Positions 38,001 through 50,748 of a stretch of DNA of 64,000 nucleotides are shown here, one piece after another. The notes beneath the pieces are model-generated. The model did no database searches, was not told where the DNA came from, and saw nothing but the letters and a program-made list of their open reading frames with translations. The position numbers were made by a program, and so were the translations under genes. The DNA is from Laetmonice hystrix. Taxonomy: Eukaryota. The stretch covers positions 49,602,001 through 49,666,000 of the forward strand of contig OZ249436.1 of NCBI GenBank assembly GCA_965235115.1, in the 5' to 3' direction. Position 1 is the first letter of the stretch, and every line of letters starts with the position of its first letter.

Positions 38001-41000
38001 AGCTGGACTTAATTACACAAAACTTCAAATATATGTTCTTTATGGTCAAATACATTATGTCTATGGAGATGGATATTAAAGATGACAAATTCAGGTGTTT
38101 TGCGAAAGGAAACACGCAAACCCAGGATTGAGACTAAAACCATCTATAATGTTGAGACGACCAGGAGTTGTCATCCTACGATCACGGAGTCAGTGCCGGG
38201 GCTGTATATATAGATATGCTAGGTTGTTATGGTGAACCATCTGCAAGTGTTAGAATTTCGTGAACGGTTTGAGGACCTAATATCGATCTTGTATCCCTGC
38301 CCAGTCTTCCTGGAGACAGAATGCCCAGACCGGTGGCATTTGGAGTCAGAGTCACACAATTGGCGGGCAGATTTATACGTGGTCCCTATATAGAGGGAGT
38401 GCCAACAGTAACGTTAATGCTTGTGCAGTCCGCCATGCCAACACGAGTGTCAAGGGTGTAATATCAGTGTTAATGTACACCATATTGAGATTGATCCTCT
38501 CAGAGCGTCAGCGCATCTTCCCCACGGAGAAACTTATTTACATAAGACTAAGTCATTTCCATGGTTTAAGATTTGTGCAAAGATAATTTCCTAAAACACG
38601 TGTATTTGTAGACACCTTGCACACTCATTACGAGTATGTGTATGTTATAAAGTGTGATGTTTTACTCAGGAAGGATGCAACAGTTGCCTATTTCCATGTA
38701 TTTTTTTTTCTTTAGCTGAAATAATCGCTTCTTTATTTTTGTCTCGACAATTCTTTACACCTCGATACATGCCATTTCACGGGCGATTGGCTGAAGTCGA
38801 CATGACTGTTGTCGTTTGTTGCCCATATTGTCGCATCTCATCAGCGCAGCAGAATGATGTAGGCGTCTAGATTATCGCGGACTGCTGCTGCTGCTGCCGT
38901 TTTCTCTCCTGGGTTCGGATATGACGTGACGAATAATAGGGCTGTATGAGCCACGCTGTCTGCAGGCACGGCAGCAAAGGGCCATTTCTGTACTACTAGA
39001 GCAGCCCCACCACCAGTAGAGACGGGTGGGACTCATTACTAGAGGCGGAGCGCATCTGTTGGAAACGGTTTGCAGCAGCTAAGAAATTTATGTTGTCATC
39101 GTTACAAGCATGGTTCTGTACCACGGTATTCAAATATTCATAGCCATCCACCATTTGAAGAGGATAAAACATCTGTGAGGTGTTTTCTTTCTTTCTTCAT
39201 ACAGAGTGAACTAGAGCCTTGGGTCATCGCAGACACAAAATATGTGACACGACAGAGAAGATAGAGAAGGGAAGACAGGATGTGACCAGTCAAAATATGT
39301 TGATCGTAATCGGGTGACATCCACTGTGGCAGGAGTTCGACCGTAACTCCCTCGTTGATATATATAATCATATATAAGCCGGCATTTAGACGGGAATTTA
39401 CGTAGGTTTTACTTCAGAAGCAGAATAAACCAGGTCTATAATCATGTTGTCGATTGGGCCTGTAATCTTACACAAGACTGTTCGATGGACACAGACCTAC
39501 AGGATATTGTGGACTGAGTGAAGTCCAAGCCGTTTCTATCCACTTTAAGTTAGAGAATATTTCTAGAAAAGATCTGAAGGCACCACTTACCACGTCCGAC
39601 ATGAAATTCTACCTTCACAGATTCACAGATTTTTTTTGTGCCGGTTTATTTGCCGAACTCTTGGTGGAGGTCCCTTTAGTCTGCATCGTCGTTTTCTTTT
39701 CTTGGCAAATGGAAGTCTTACAAATAGGACGAATCTAGCATCCAAACATAGAGCTCAGTGTTACACAGGCGGCCTACAGATGTCTGGGATGGCCGTCTCA
39801 GATATTGAACACTAATGTCTTGTCGGTTTGAGCCTGAAGTTGCACACTATATAATATAGTGATTCTCTGGTGACGTCAAGATCGATGTTTCATATGGAGC
39901 TGGCTTTTTAATATAGGATTAGTGTGTGATCATGCCTGCAGATTATGTCATGGTGGCAGAGTTGTAGATTTGTATGCCGCTTTGTAGTCCTAATTACAAA
40001 TATTGATTTCTGATTTCCAATAATGTTGAATGTCGTGCACACTCTTGCCATGTTTAGGAGATTATGTCCAGGCCATATGAAGTGGTCCATTTTAAACCAT
40101 TTCCATTAAATTGGAAACTATGTGTCCTGGAAACCCTGCATTCTAACCTTTGACCCCAGTCCCAATCCCAATGCTGGTACACATGCGTAAAGCCAGTGAT
40201 ATCGTAATTATTCACGCCATGTAAACTCCTGGCGTTATTTCAATACGCATGTCATACACGTAGCGCCATCTATGGACGGGGCAGTGCAATAACAGCACGG
40301 ACAGGTTTGTTTCGTATTATCCATGTATCCATGCATGTTAAAACAAAGGTGTATCCTCAAACACGCATAATTTATCGTTGTCAGAACAAACACGCTCTAC
40401 TATCTATGTACTATCTGTATCTATCAAAGAGATGCTCACTCGAGTTTCGTCCATCTGGCTTTTATTCTGTACACGTTTTTTTGTATTTGACAGTATTATT
40501 CAGCTTGTCTCGAGAATAATCTATTTCCCTTCCTAGAAGTGTAGAAAATGGCGTAAAATCTACATTGATTTACAATTGGGGAATAGCGATGACGGGCGTA
40601 CAACACAAGGCGAGGACTTTGAGAAACTCTGGTCTAATATTACAATGCCACTCTTGGGTGATAAAGAAGTTATAAAGAAGGGGTCAAATGTTTTGATCTA
40701 CTAGTCAGTGTAACATTGAATTGCTGTAGGCCCCGCTATATTTAGTCGATGATGGGGTTCATAACTTTCACCCATATACCCCCAACTCAGGGCCTTGAAA
40801 TGCTGGTCTAACCTGTGATGTTATGGGGGTGTTAATGTAACCCCATCGCTGATTTTATACACGACACTGATGTCGTCTGATAACCTTGATAACCGAACCC
40901 CTAATTCTGGTGTCCCAGAATGGAAATACGAGAAACACTACTTGTATTTACAATGTACTTGGGAAACTGAGTCAGGGAGATGGATGTGTTAGATCTAACG

Positions 41001-41311
41001 GTAGCGGATGCTTACATTCAACTCGTACTGGTAAATACAGCGCAGGAAATATGTGACAATGGTGCTCCTGCGATCGAGTCCCTCTCACCGTCACTCTCCA
41101 CCGGAAACCATTGCTCCATGATGGACTTCTCGTTCCGGTCTCCGATACGACATGAACGATGCTGCAGTATGCAGGGGAGGCAACATGGTTTCTCGACATA
41201 TTCTGTACTTTTTTTTAACAGTTCCAGGTCCTTTATTATGTAGACAACAACTGGTACATGATTGGTATTGTAGGGTTGGTATTGACATTTAATAAGGCAT
41301 TACATCATTAA

Positions 41312-41839
41312 AGGGGCATATTATGAGGAAACGTGAAAAATCGGTATTTCAAAGAACTTTTGCTGTTTTCATAAAGAGATCCTTCATTACAATTGCTTGG
41401 TAAACAAAGACAGACTTATCAGTTTCATTTTGCGTGAGAAATCGAAGTTTATGAAGCTCCCTTGCCCGCTTCTCTGCCGATTTCGTAAAATATTTTTTGG
41501 GTGGCATTCTGATGCCGGACGATCGAGTGCAACTGCTGAATTGTTTACAACTGAGCGAAGCATGTGAGTAAGCACAGGCAGAGAGTGCACACGCAGGATG
41601 TGACACAGTACGCGATGGCACGGGTTGATGAGAGGCTGTCTACCAAATTATGGCCGGAGATGTGCTATCGGGAGAAATCTATAGGTTTGGTCGTATAGAA
41701 CCTACCTGTGCTGCATACGCAGCGAAAACACGTCAGAGGACAAAATGCTGTGGTAGGATTATTTACTTGGATCCCTAGTACACGGTCATGTTGGATAATT
41801 GCCGGAAGTCCTCCAAAACGTGTTCCATAGCATGGCCCT
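41312..41839. mobile_element. Kolobok-like MITE, family A copy 2, 528 bp
   Basis: TTAA at 41308-41311 and 41840-41843. Colinear with 14115-14642 in the same orientation, with about 11 substitutions in the first ~165 bp by hand count. Confidence 0.9.
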
Positions 41840-42412
41840 TTAAAACAGCAGAAGAAAGTAGAATAACATCCATACAGATATGCGATTTTCTCTGCAGTTC
41901 CTGCTGTAGTTATGACGAGCGGACTTGCCGTACTATGGGTTTGCTGGTGACCTCCAGGGCACACCAACATGCCACTGATAATATACGCTGGAGGAATCAG
42001 TAAAGGGGACAACTCCATCAGGTCAAATCTCTGAGGGACCGTTTATCATGGCGGCAAAACGGCCCGAACATCACGAGTCGTTGTTCACCAGACTGCCCGG
42101 GTTACACCGACTCTGGTTTAAATCTTCGGCCTCACCCGGCATGCAGGGATGAGCGGGTGCAGCAGTCGAGAGGGAATGCCACCTATGCCTTGTAAGGAAT
42201 GAGATCTATTCCGTGCCCAGCATATGTATAATCTCAGTGAGGATTGGTTCGTACATTAATGTCTATTTTAACCATTATATTTTAGAGTTACGGAGGGTTA
42301 TGTGATCATTCAGAATGACTTCCAGATATTGTCACTCGGAAATTTCAAAAGTAACATCAGTTTTCTTAACCATCCATTGTTTTCGCCCATCCAGAGTTTT
42401 CATTGGGTAACG

Positions 42413-43082
42413 TTACAGTCTGTTATCATACACTGTAGCTGAACTGGGACTTTACAGTCAGTTATCATACACTGTAGCTGAACTGGACACTTTACAGTCA
42501 GTTATCATACACTGTAGCTGAACTGGGCACTTTACAGTCTGTTATCATACACTGGAACTGAACTAGGGACTTTACAGTCAGTTATCATACACTCTAGCTG
42601 AACTAGGGACTTTACAGTCAGTTATCATACACTGTAGCTGAACTGGGCACTTTACAGTCTGTTATCATACACTGTAGCTGAACTGGACACTTTACAGTCA
42701 GTTATCATACACTGTAGCTGAACTGGGCACTTTACAGTCTGTTATCATACACTGTAGCTGAACTGGGCACTTTACAGGCAGTTATCATACACTGTAGCTG
42801 AACTGGACACTTTACAGTCAGTTATCATACACTGTAGCTGAACTGGGCACTTTACAGTCTGTTACCATACACTGGAACTGAACTAGGGACTTTACAGTCA
42901 GTTATCATACACTCTAGCTGAACTAGGGACTTTAAGTCAGTTATCATACACTGTAGCTGAACTGGACACTTTACAGTCAGTTATCATACACTGTAGCTGA
43001 ACTGGACACTTTACAGTCTGTTATCATACACTGTAGCTGAACTGGGCACTTTACTGTCAGTTATCATACACTGTAGCTGAAC
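42413..43082. repeat. 40-bp minisatellite, ~17 copies, 320-bp higher-order period
   Basis: Unit TTACAGTCAGTTATCATACACTGTAGCTGAACTGGGCACT. The variant pair ACTGGAACTGAACTAGGG / ACTCTAGCTG occurs at 42551 and 42871. Confidence 0.97.
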
Positions 43083-43520
43083 GGGGGGGGGGGGTGTACT
43101 CCATATTTACCGTAATAAAAATGATAGACATGTCAAAGCTATTTTTTGGGGGGCCTCAACTTGGTGTACGTTTAACATCTAGTGTTGAGTTATCATGTGT
43201 ATTGACGCCCAGATGACAGTGTACATGACATCAAGGAGCCACATTCCGCGTGTGTGCTTTACCCTCGTAATCTTCTCATTTTCACCGTGATAGCAGTTTT
43301 TATTTGGTTGGTCCTTCCTCTTTTCTTCAAATTAATTATAGGACACATTGTAATTATGAGTATCAGTCATGTGTCCACGAAAGTAGAATGAAGAAGGCTC
43401 TGAGTGTTACAATTTCATATTGCATGATCTAAAAAAGAAATTGACCATTGTTGCGCAGAACAGCCTTCAATTTTATTATGCATGCGTCCATTCTTATAAC
43501 GTGATAACATCAGGAAGGAA

Positions 43521-44275
43521 AGAAGACATCATCCCTTTGTAACTCCATTAATTAGGCCTCACTACAGGGGAGTTAGCGAGAAGACATTGTCCCCTTGTAA
43601 CTCCGTTAATTAGGCATCGCTACAGGGGAGTTAGCGAGAAGACATCGTCCCTTCGTAACTCCATTAATTAGGCCTCCCTACAGGGGAGTTAGCGAGAAGA
43701 CATCGTCCCTTTGTAATTCCATTAATTAGGCCTCGCTACAGGGGAGTTAGCGAGAAGACATCGTCCCTTCGTAACTCCGTTAATTAGGCCTCGCTACAGG
43801 GGAGTTAGCGAGAAGACGTCGTCCCTTCGTAACTCCGTTAATTAGGCCTCGCTACAGGGGAGTTAACGAGAAGACATCGTCCCTTTGTAACTCCATTAAT
43901 TAGGCCTCGCTACAGGGGAGTTAGCGAGAAAACATCGTCCCTTTGTAACTCCGTTAATTAGGCCTCGCTACAGGGGAGTTAGCGAGAAGACATCGTCCCT
44001 TTGTAACTCCATTAATTAGGCCTCGCTACAGGGGAGTTAGCGAGAAGACATCGTCCCTTCGTAACTCCATTAATTAGGCCTCACTACAGGGGAGTTAGCG
44101 AGAAGACATCGTCCCTTCGTAACTCCATTAATTAGGCCTCACTACAGGGGAGTTAGCGAGAAGACATCGTCCCTTCGTAACTCCGTTAATTAGGCCTCGC
44201 TACAGGGGAGTTAGCGAGAAGACATCGTCCCTTTGTAACTCCATTAATTAGGCCTCACTACAGGGGAGTTAGCGA
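43521..44275. repeat. 58-bp minisatellite, 13 copies
   Basis: Unit AGAAGACATCGTCCCTTTGTAACTCCATTAATTAGGCCTCGCTACAGGGGAGTTAGCG, with an internal TAACTCC/GGAGTTA inverted repeat. Confidence 0.97.
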
Positions 44276-45432
44276 TTCACCACAGAAACAAATAAAAACA
44301 CAAATAAACAAAGAATGGCACTAATAATGTGGCACCACTGGCGTCCTTAAGGCTTGACGGAGAACTTAATTGTAATTGGACGAAATGAGTTTGATTACTT
44401 CGTCTCAGGTTTTACTGAAGTTAGATCTAGGTACTCTTACAATGTGACAAATGTTACTGGTATTGTGATCCCAAGCTGGATGTTGACATGTAACATTATA
44501 TAATGTTTTCTTACAATAAGATTTAGGCTAAAAAGATTACGTCACTTGATATCTGATTTGCCTCTCCAACGCCATTTTGAAATCACATAATATTGTTGGA
44601 ATCGTGTATTCCTTGAAATCGTAAGGCAGAACAAATGAAGCGGAACAAGCAAAGCCAATCCGAAGGTACTCGGGCCAACTCGTAATCCAGGTATCAATCC
44701 GGACACGGTGAATGGGATAACACTGGTGGAGGTGCCAGCTCTAGCTTTATCAGTTCTGACTTGGCGGACCCTGGACCGACCGCGTGAATGGTAGGAAGGG
44801 CCGCCGGGACAATGGGTTCAAGATATCCCTCGTATGTATAGTAGGTCCACTGTGGACCAAAGGCCGGGAGACCTCAGGGCCTGTGGCCGGTGGCAGACAG
44901 TGCATCCTATTTCGAGCAGCAGCGGCGACCCGCTCATGAACCGTCACCCTGCCTGATGCCGAGCTAACGGGTCGGTGAGAGACTATCACATGATCCTGCT
45001 CGATCAGCTGGCCCGCTGGCCAACTTTTCTTTGTGTCCTGTGCATGGGTTCGGACCTGTAAGTGACGTACAAAGTGCTGAAGTTGGATTATACTGTGAAC
45101 TACACTCTGCTGGACTTCCCTGGGCGAGAAGGTGAGGAGATGGACTAGTATCTGGACTAACCTTTGATCAGATCGGTAGGTACTACTGTAGATAAAAAGG
45201 TTTCGTTCTGACGATATCGAGTGGGCTTCTGTCTGTCTTCAAGCTGTCTACGCCCATAACATCCCAACATTATATATCCACGATTATAATAGAAATGTTG
45301 TCTGATTACAGATTTAGTGCCAGCTAATTTGGATAAGTTAGGATAAAATAAATAAATTAGCAATGAAAATATGATTTCTTGAGGAACATGACATTTCTAT
45401 AAACTCGCACCAGAGTAGGCCTACATGATCAT

Positions 45433-45973
45433 CAGGGGCGGATCCAGGATTTTGCAAGGGGGGGGGGGGCTTGATGTGTGTATAAAACCTCTTAGGTGCG
45501 TCATAGACACACTGCAAAATGATAGGTAGGCCTATTAAACCCATGGAGTCAGCTGGGGGGTGGGGGCTTAAACCTACAGCAAAAGTTCCTCACTAACGTA
45601 CCTTTGAACACCAGTAACACCATATAAAGTGTCTAAGGTCACACCAATAAGTGGAACACTGTCAACGGCGACTTTTTAAAAATACCGCCCGGGTCATTCG
45701 CTATTTCCCACGCGAGACAGCGGGAGCTATATCTATTAATAGATTGAGATAAGGGCCAAATAGGGTAAACAAACCGACGAAGCCAGCGGGAGAATGTCTC
45801 TACATTTCGGTTGATTATTCCTTTATTAAAGATCAGATAATCACAGAATTGTAGGTAAGAACAAGCTTGTTCATGCTGAACACCCTTATTATATTGATAG
45901 TTTGAACTTTTCTATTCCTTTAAGTCTCCAAACCCGCCCCTATACCCCCCCCCCCCCACTGGATCCGCCACTG
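45433..45973. mobile_element. MITE with 15-bp TIRs and subterminal poly-G/poly-C (hAT-like ends)
   Basis: CAGGGGCGGATCCAG ... CTGGATCCGCCACTG (1 mismatch). No clean TSD is recognisable. Confidence 0.75.
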
Positions 45974-46321
45974 CACACATGCATAATTACGGATTCACCT
46001 CAGACAGAATATTTTGTTCGAGGATAATCGTCTGGCCTATCATAGAGAATTGGATAAATTAATGGCGCCTCAGTATCATAGAGAAGTGGGATTAATAGCG
46101 CCTATCAGGACGGAAGGATGTTGCTGCCGCAGTCGAATTTTAGACCGTATAGTTTATCATCGATATAATTTGTCTTATCTCCAGCAGATGTGGAAGAGTG
46201 TCATCTATTATATAGGCCTAATATTATTTGCCCAGCTGTCATGTCGGCCAACATCACCAACAAAACGTCAGTAACGTTAACTGTGTTCAGATATGCCGGA
46301 TTAGCAGCCTATAGGCCTACT

Positions 46322-46448
46322 CAGGCCCATAATTTCCATCAAATTATTGAGGAAGCTATGGAATTATTGAGGGGGCTCGACGAACAGATCCAACGTTCTC
46401 CCCCTAGCCCCCCCCCCCCCCCCCCACCCCACCCGAATTACGGCCCTG
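46322..46448. mobile_element. CAGG-ended MITE, family D copy 2 (internally deleted)
   Basis: Ends CAGGCCCATAATT / AATTACGGCCCTG. Internal identity to 24143-24315. Confidence 0.7.
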
Positions 46449-48192
46449 CCAGCCTACTGTTCCGGACTGTATCCTAATCTTTCGCCAACCCGATATACCG
46501 GCTCCTGACGCGCTCTCCTCGCCAAACGGTTTAGTACACCAGGTGGCGGGTCGGTAGGTCACGTGACCATTGACCACGCGAGATGCCCCCATGTGGGAAA
46601 CCACCGAACCGTTTGGTCAGACGGGGACCGATATTTCGCCTCTGCCTCAACATAGAAATATATAGTAAAATATAAATACGTCTGCAGGTATGTTTTTTTA
46701 TTCCATTTAGGACATGTTGACCCTTCTTCTGTGGATCAACTGGTACAAAGTTGACTCTGTTTTTGTTCTGTGTCTAGTAAAAGTGACCTCAGTGTAACTA
46801 AATCAATATTAAACCTTCTCCCCGATGGAAGTCTTACATATAAAAACAGATCCTATCTCTGTGCAATGTTTTCATTAGGGCCAGAAAAGTACCATTTTGT
46901 TTCACTTATAAATAGACGACTGTTTATGTAGTAAGAGCTCGCCGGCGTATAGAGCTGGTGACCGAGATGGGTGCGTTTTGTCCTGATGGTTTGTCTGTAA
47001 GTGCAGGGGGGCAGTGGAAGTGTTAAAATAATGACCTAGTGGGCCTCTCTAGGTCTGAGATCATGTTGGATCGAGTAAGTCAAGGTTGGCAGTGCCAAAT
47101 AAAACTTCAGATAGGCTAATCCAGTCTGTCCAGATTACAAAGTAGGCCTAACGTTAAAGATGCTCGATTGGCTGGTTGTAGCATAGCAGCCAATCAGAAT
47201 CGTTAAGCTTAAGTTTAACTGAGATCTTAAGTTTTCAAAACCCGCGCCCGGAATATTTGCCGGAGAGTAGAAAATCTACTGGTTTGATGGTGGGTAGAGA
47301 GTACATGTGTACCGGACGCCAGTCTATGTAACACAGTCCTGACCTTTGTAACCGACCTTGGGATCTCAGCCACCCGCCCTTTTAGTCATTGACTCTCGAT
47401 GACAGACACTGTGTCAAAACGGATCCCTGCCTGGGCACAGCCTCCACCCCGAACGTGCCAATTTACCACCCTTGCCGCCATACTGGGGCGTCAGAAGAAA
47501 TCCTATTCATGCCACAGAATAAATGGGTCGCACTGCGAGTGACTTTTGTAACATTTTGTCCTGTAGTGAAAGGTTAACATTGTGTATGAAATGGTTGGTT
47601 GAAAGACGTCGCTCTGCGGTAGATTCTGTTCATGGCTGACCCATGACGAATGTCTTTGTTGGACACTAGCAGCGCTAACATCAGTCACATTCACGCCGTA
47701 TCATTTGTATAGGAACCTAAGATCTCGCTAAAGCACGAGATGTAACATGAAATGTTGACGTTTACGCCTGGTGTTATTTACGGTGGTTCCTTCATGATTC
47801 CAATGTCACCTTTACCAGGGTCACGTTAGTTAAAATCTGCTGTGTAGAAATTTCTCCTTTATAACTAGTTTGTGACAGAGAGAATGAAAGCTTTTTAAAT
47901 ACAGGTGTGGATTGAACTTGCCTTGTGTGTGTGTGTGTGTTTTTAATGAACACGGAAAAGAGACATCTTTGAAGCTTGCTAAATATTATTAAAGTAATCG
48001 AGGATCTAAGTGATGTGGTTTGAGAGATTGGCAGGCCCACGATCTAACAAGCACTTTGTAACCCATTTTTAAAAATCTATTTTTGTAAAATCACAAAAGG
48101 TCCGGTTTTGACTTGAACCTTTGAAGACCTTGCCAAGAATGGGCCCTCAGGCTACTTTAAGCGGTATCCTATTGATAGCAACAAGTGTTTAA

Positions 48193-49044
48193 AGGAATCA
48201 TGTCAACCTGGTTGAGCGTTCCGGGAAGCCAGTTCTTCCTGGTTTCACGATTAGGCTACCTCGTCAAAATCTAGACACCTTCTGTCCTGAGAATAATTCC
48301 CAGGTTTAATATACACGTATTGTAAACAGACAGCAGCGAAATGCACTGTCACCTTCACATTCCACATTTCTTGTCGGGAACACTCATAATGGCCCTGTCA
48401 CACCTTGCCGAATAGCATAAACGGACCAGTCGGCTCTACCTCGACAGATGGACAGATCAGTCCGAACCCACCGGAAGGTGGCGGACTTTCCCGAGGGTTC
48501 CCGAATGTAAACGGACGTGCGACGGACAGAAACGTTGTCAAAATTAACCATCCGGTGGTGAAAGTCGTCTCCGTTGCTACTCGATGCCCTCAGGCGTTTC
48601 TCCAGATTGAACGGACCTCGCCTGACAAGGAACGCATTTGGCGAACGAGAAACGGACAAGAAACGCATGCAAACGGAGATGATCCGTTTATGCTATCCGG
48701 CAAGGTGTGACAGGGCCAAAAACAACGCTGCCTTCCGCCATCGGGAATGTCTGACCTGCAGACATAGCGTTGCAACGGGTGAGATGATGATTGCGGCTAT
48801 AGTCTCGCGTTCTGTGAAAAGGGTGTAAAGTCGCCTGGCCAAAACTCTATTACGTAGGTGGGCTGCAGGTCTCGAAAAAGACGCGCGTCGTTCCAAATTT
48901 GCTGGTTTTTAAATATATTTAAAAAATAGTCACGGAATCCAATCAGGCAAGTAGGCAGTGCTATGGAACATAATTACCAGACTATATACAGGCAGTATTT
49001 TCGCCAGTTTGTAAAATCTATATGAAATACTTGACACGATTCCT
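48193..49044. mobile_element. Kolobok-like MITE, family B copy 1 (carries a nested insertion)
   Basis: TTAA at 48189-48192 and 49045-49048. TIRs AGGAATCATGTCAA / TTGACACGATTCCT. Colinear with 50259-50748. Confidence 0.9.
48390..48718. mobile_element. Harbinger/PIF-like MITE nested in family B copy 1
   Basis: 36-bp TIR TGGCCCTGTCACACCTTGCCG(A/G)ATAGCATAAACGGA with 1 mismatch. Flanks are TAA/AAA. The empty site CTCA-AAA-CCAACG in copy 2 implies a 3-bp duplication. Confidence 0.88.
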
Positions 49045-50258
49045 TTAATGTTGCATTTGATATGCAAACAGGCCGGCTACTTGCGGTGGGAGTGCACACC
49101 TCTAGAGGCGTTATGAAGTGGCCTAGCCTGATCTGTGGTCAGTGGCGGGGAGGGAGTGCCGGGGGGGGGGGGGTGGGGTGGGGGCCGGTCAGGGCGGCAG
49201 GTAGCGGTCCGGTTTCACCGTAGGGATGACTGGGGATTGAACAGTATCTTTGCCCGAGCTGTCATAGACCTGAACCCTCGGAGTCAGATCACTGACCCAC
49301 AGTCTGAACGGCTGTCAGATGATAGAAATTACCCGAGGTGTGGAGTAATATTATACTCTTATTAAATTGTCAGCTCTTTTGTTTGATGTCGCCGTTTTTT
49401 GTTTGTTTTTTGGGGGTTTTTTTGTTGGCCAGTCGGGGGAGGAGACATGACAGGGTGAAATATTGAGAATACAAGACAGGAAAGTTTGGAGCCTCCGAGT
49501 GTTGATGTGCTCGAAGGCATGTTACGTGCATGTCAACATACAGGCCCCCTAAAACTGTTTGATCCTTGAGCATTATGTCTAAGTAAGCGTACCCAAGTTA
49601 TTGTACACGAACAAAAGTAATATCATAGTTTTCTTTCACTTCTTATTTCAGTTGTAACACTGTAAAAATAACACCGTACCAATAATATTTGAACGACTGA
49701 TGCAATTCAAATTTGTAAAAGGTTGATGACATTTTAATCATAAAATCAGTTTCCTAGAAACGGTTTTTGACCATATAAGCACTCGTACTCGCTCACAGTC
49801 TGCTCTTCCAACTTTAAATACTTAATTAGGAGTTCGAGACGAACCAAAGAACGATAGCGAGAAAGCTCATTACGGTCCTCACGAGTGAAGCCAATCAACT
49901 GAAAACAACAGTGTAGGCACAGGTCATTAATTACATGGCCTGAGAGATGGGAGGTCATTAAGATCCGGGCCCTGGGTGAGTCTAATTGGAGGGTGTGCAC
50001 AACAATGATGGTATGTTCTATAACTGCACATTTCCACATTAGTCGGTATTATTGATGAAACATCCATATGGCTAGGTGGTAAGGCACTTATCGTAAGTGT
50101 TATTGTAAGAATGAACCTTATGGAATAAATAATTGGGATTGCGAAAACTATGTATCTGGTAATTAGTGTCTCATTTGGATATTGGACCAAATGGATCATA
50201 TTAGTAAATATTTTGCAAATACTAGCGCCAGACTGAGAAGCATGTTTTCTTACATTAA

Positions 50259-50748
50259 AGGAATCATGCATCCTGGTTGAGCGTTCCGGGAAGCCAGTTC
50301 GGCCTGGTTTCACGCTTACCTCGTCAAAATCTATGCACCTTCTGTCCCGAGGATACTTCCTAGGTTTACATTATGTATTGTAAACAGACAACAGCAAAAC
50401 GCACTGTCACCTTCACATTTCACATTTCGTGTCGGGAACACTCAAAACCAACGTTGCCTTCCGCCATCGGGAATTTCTGACCTGCAGGCATAGCGGGTGA
50501 GATAATCACGTGATTGCGGGAAAAGGGTGTAAAGTCGCCGGCCAAAACTCTATCGCGTAGGTGGTCTGCAGGTCTCGAAAAAGACGTGCGTCATTCCAAA
50601 TTTGCTGTTTTTTAAATATTTTAAAAAAATAGTCACGAAATCCAATCAGGCACGTAGGCAGTGCTACGAAACATAATTACCAGACTATATTACAGGCAGT
50701 ATTTTCGCCAGTTTGTAAAATCTATATGAAATAGGTGACATGATTCTT
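50259..50748. mobile_element. Kolobok-like MITE, family B copy 2 (no nested insertion)
   Basis: TTAA at 50255-50258 and 50749-50752. Ends AGGAATCATG / CATGATTCTT. Confidence 0.9.

Noticed and set aside
47389..47577. EGF-like LDDRHC..DPC...PCRH peptide
   Set aside because: The cysteine pattern is incomplete and there are no convincing splice sites.
49746..50039. NACHT-like PRARILMTS...IGFTREDR peptide
   Set aside because: PRARIL is encoded by CAGGGCCCGGATCTTAA, which looks like a MITE end also seen at 27421. There is no Walker A or B motif upstream.
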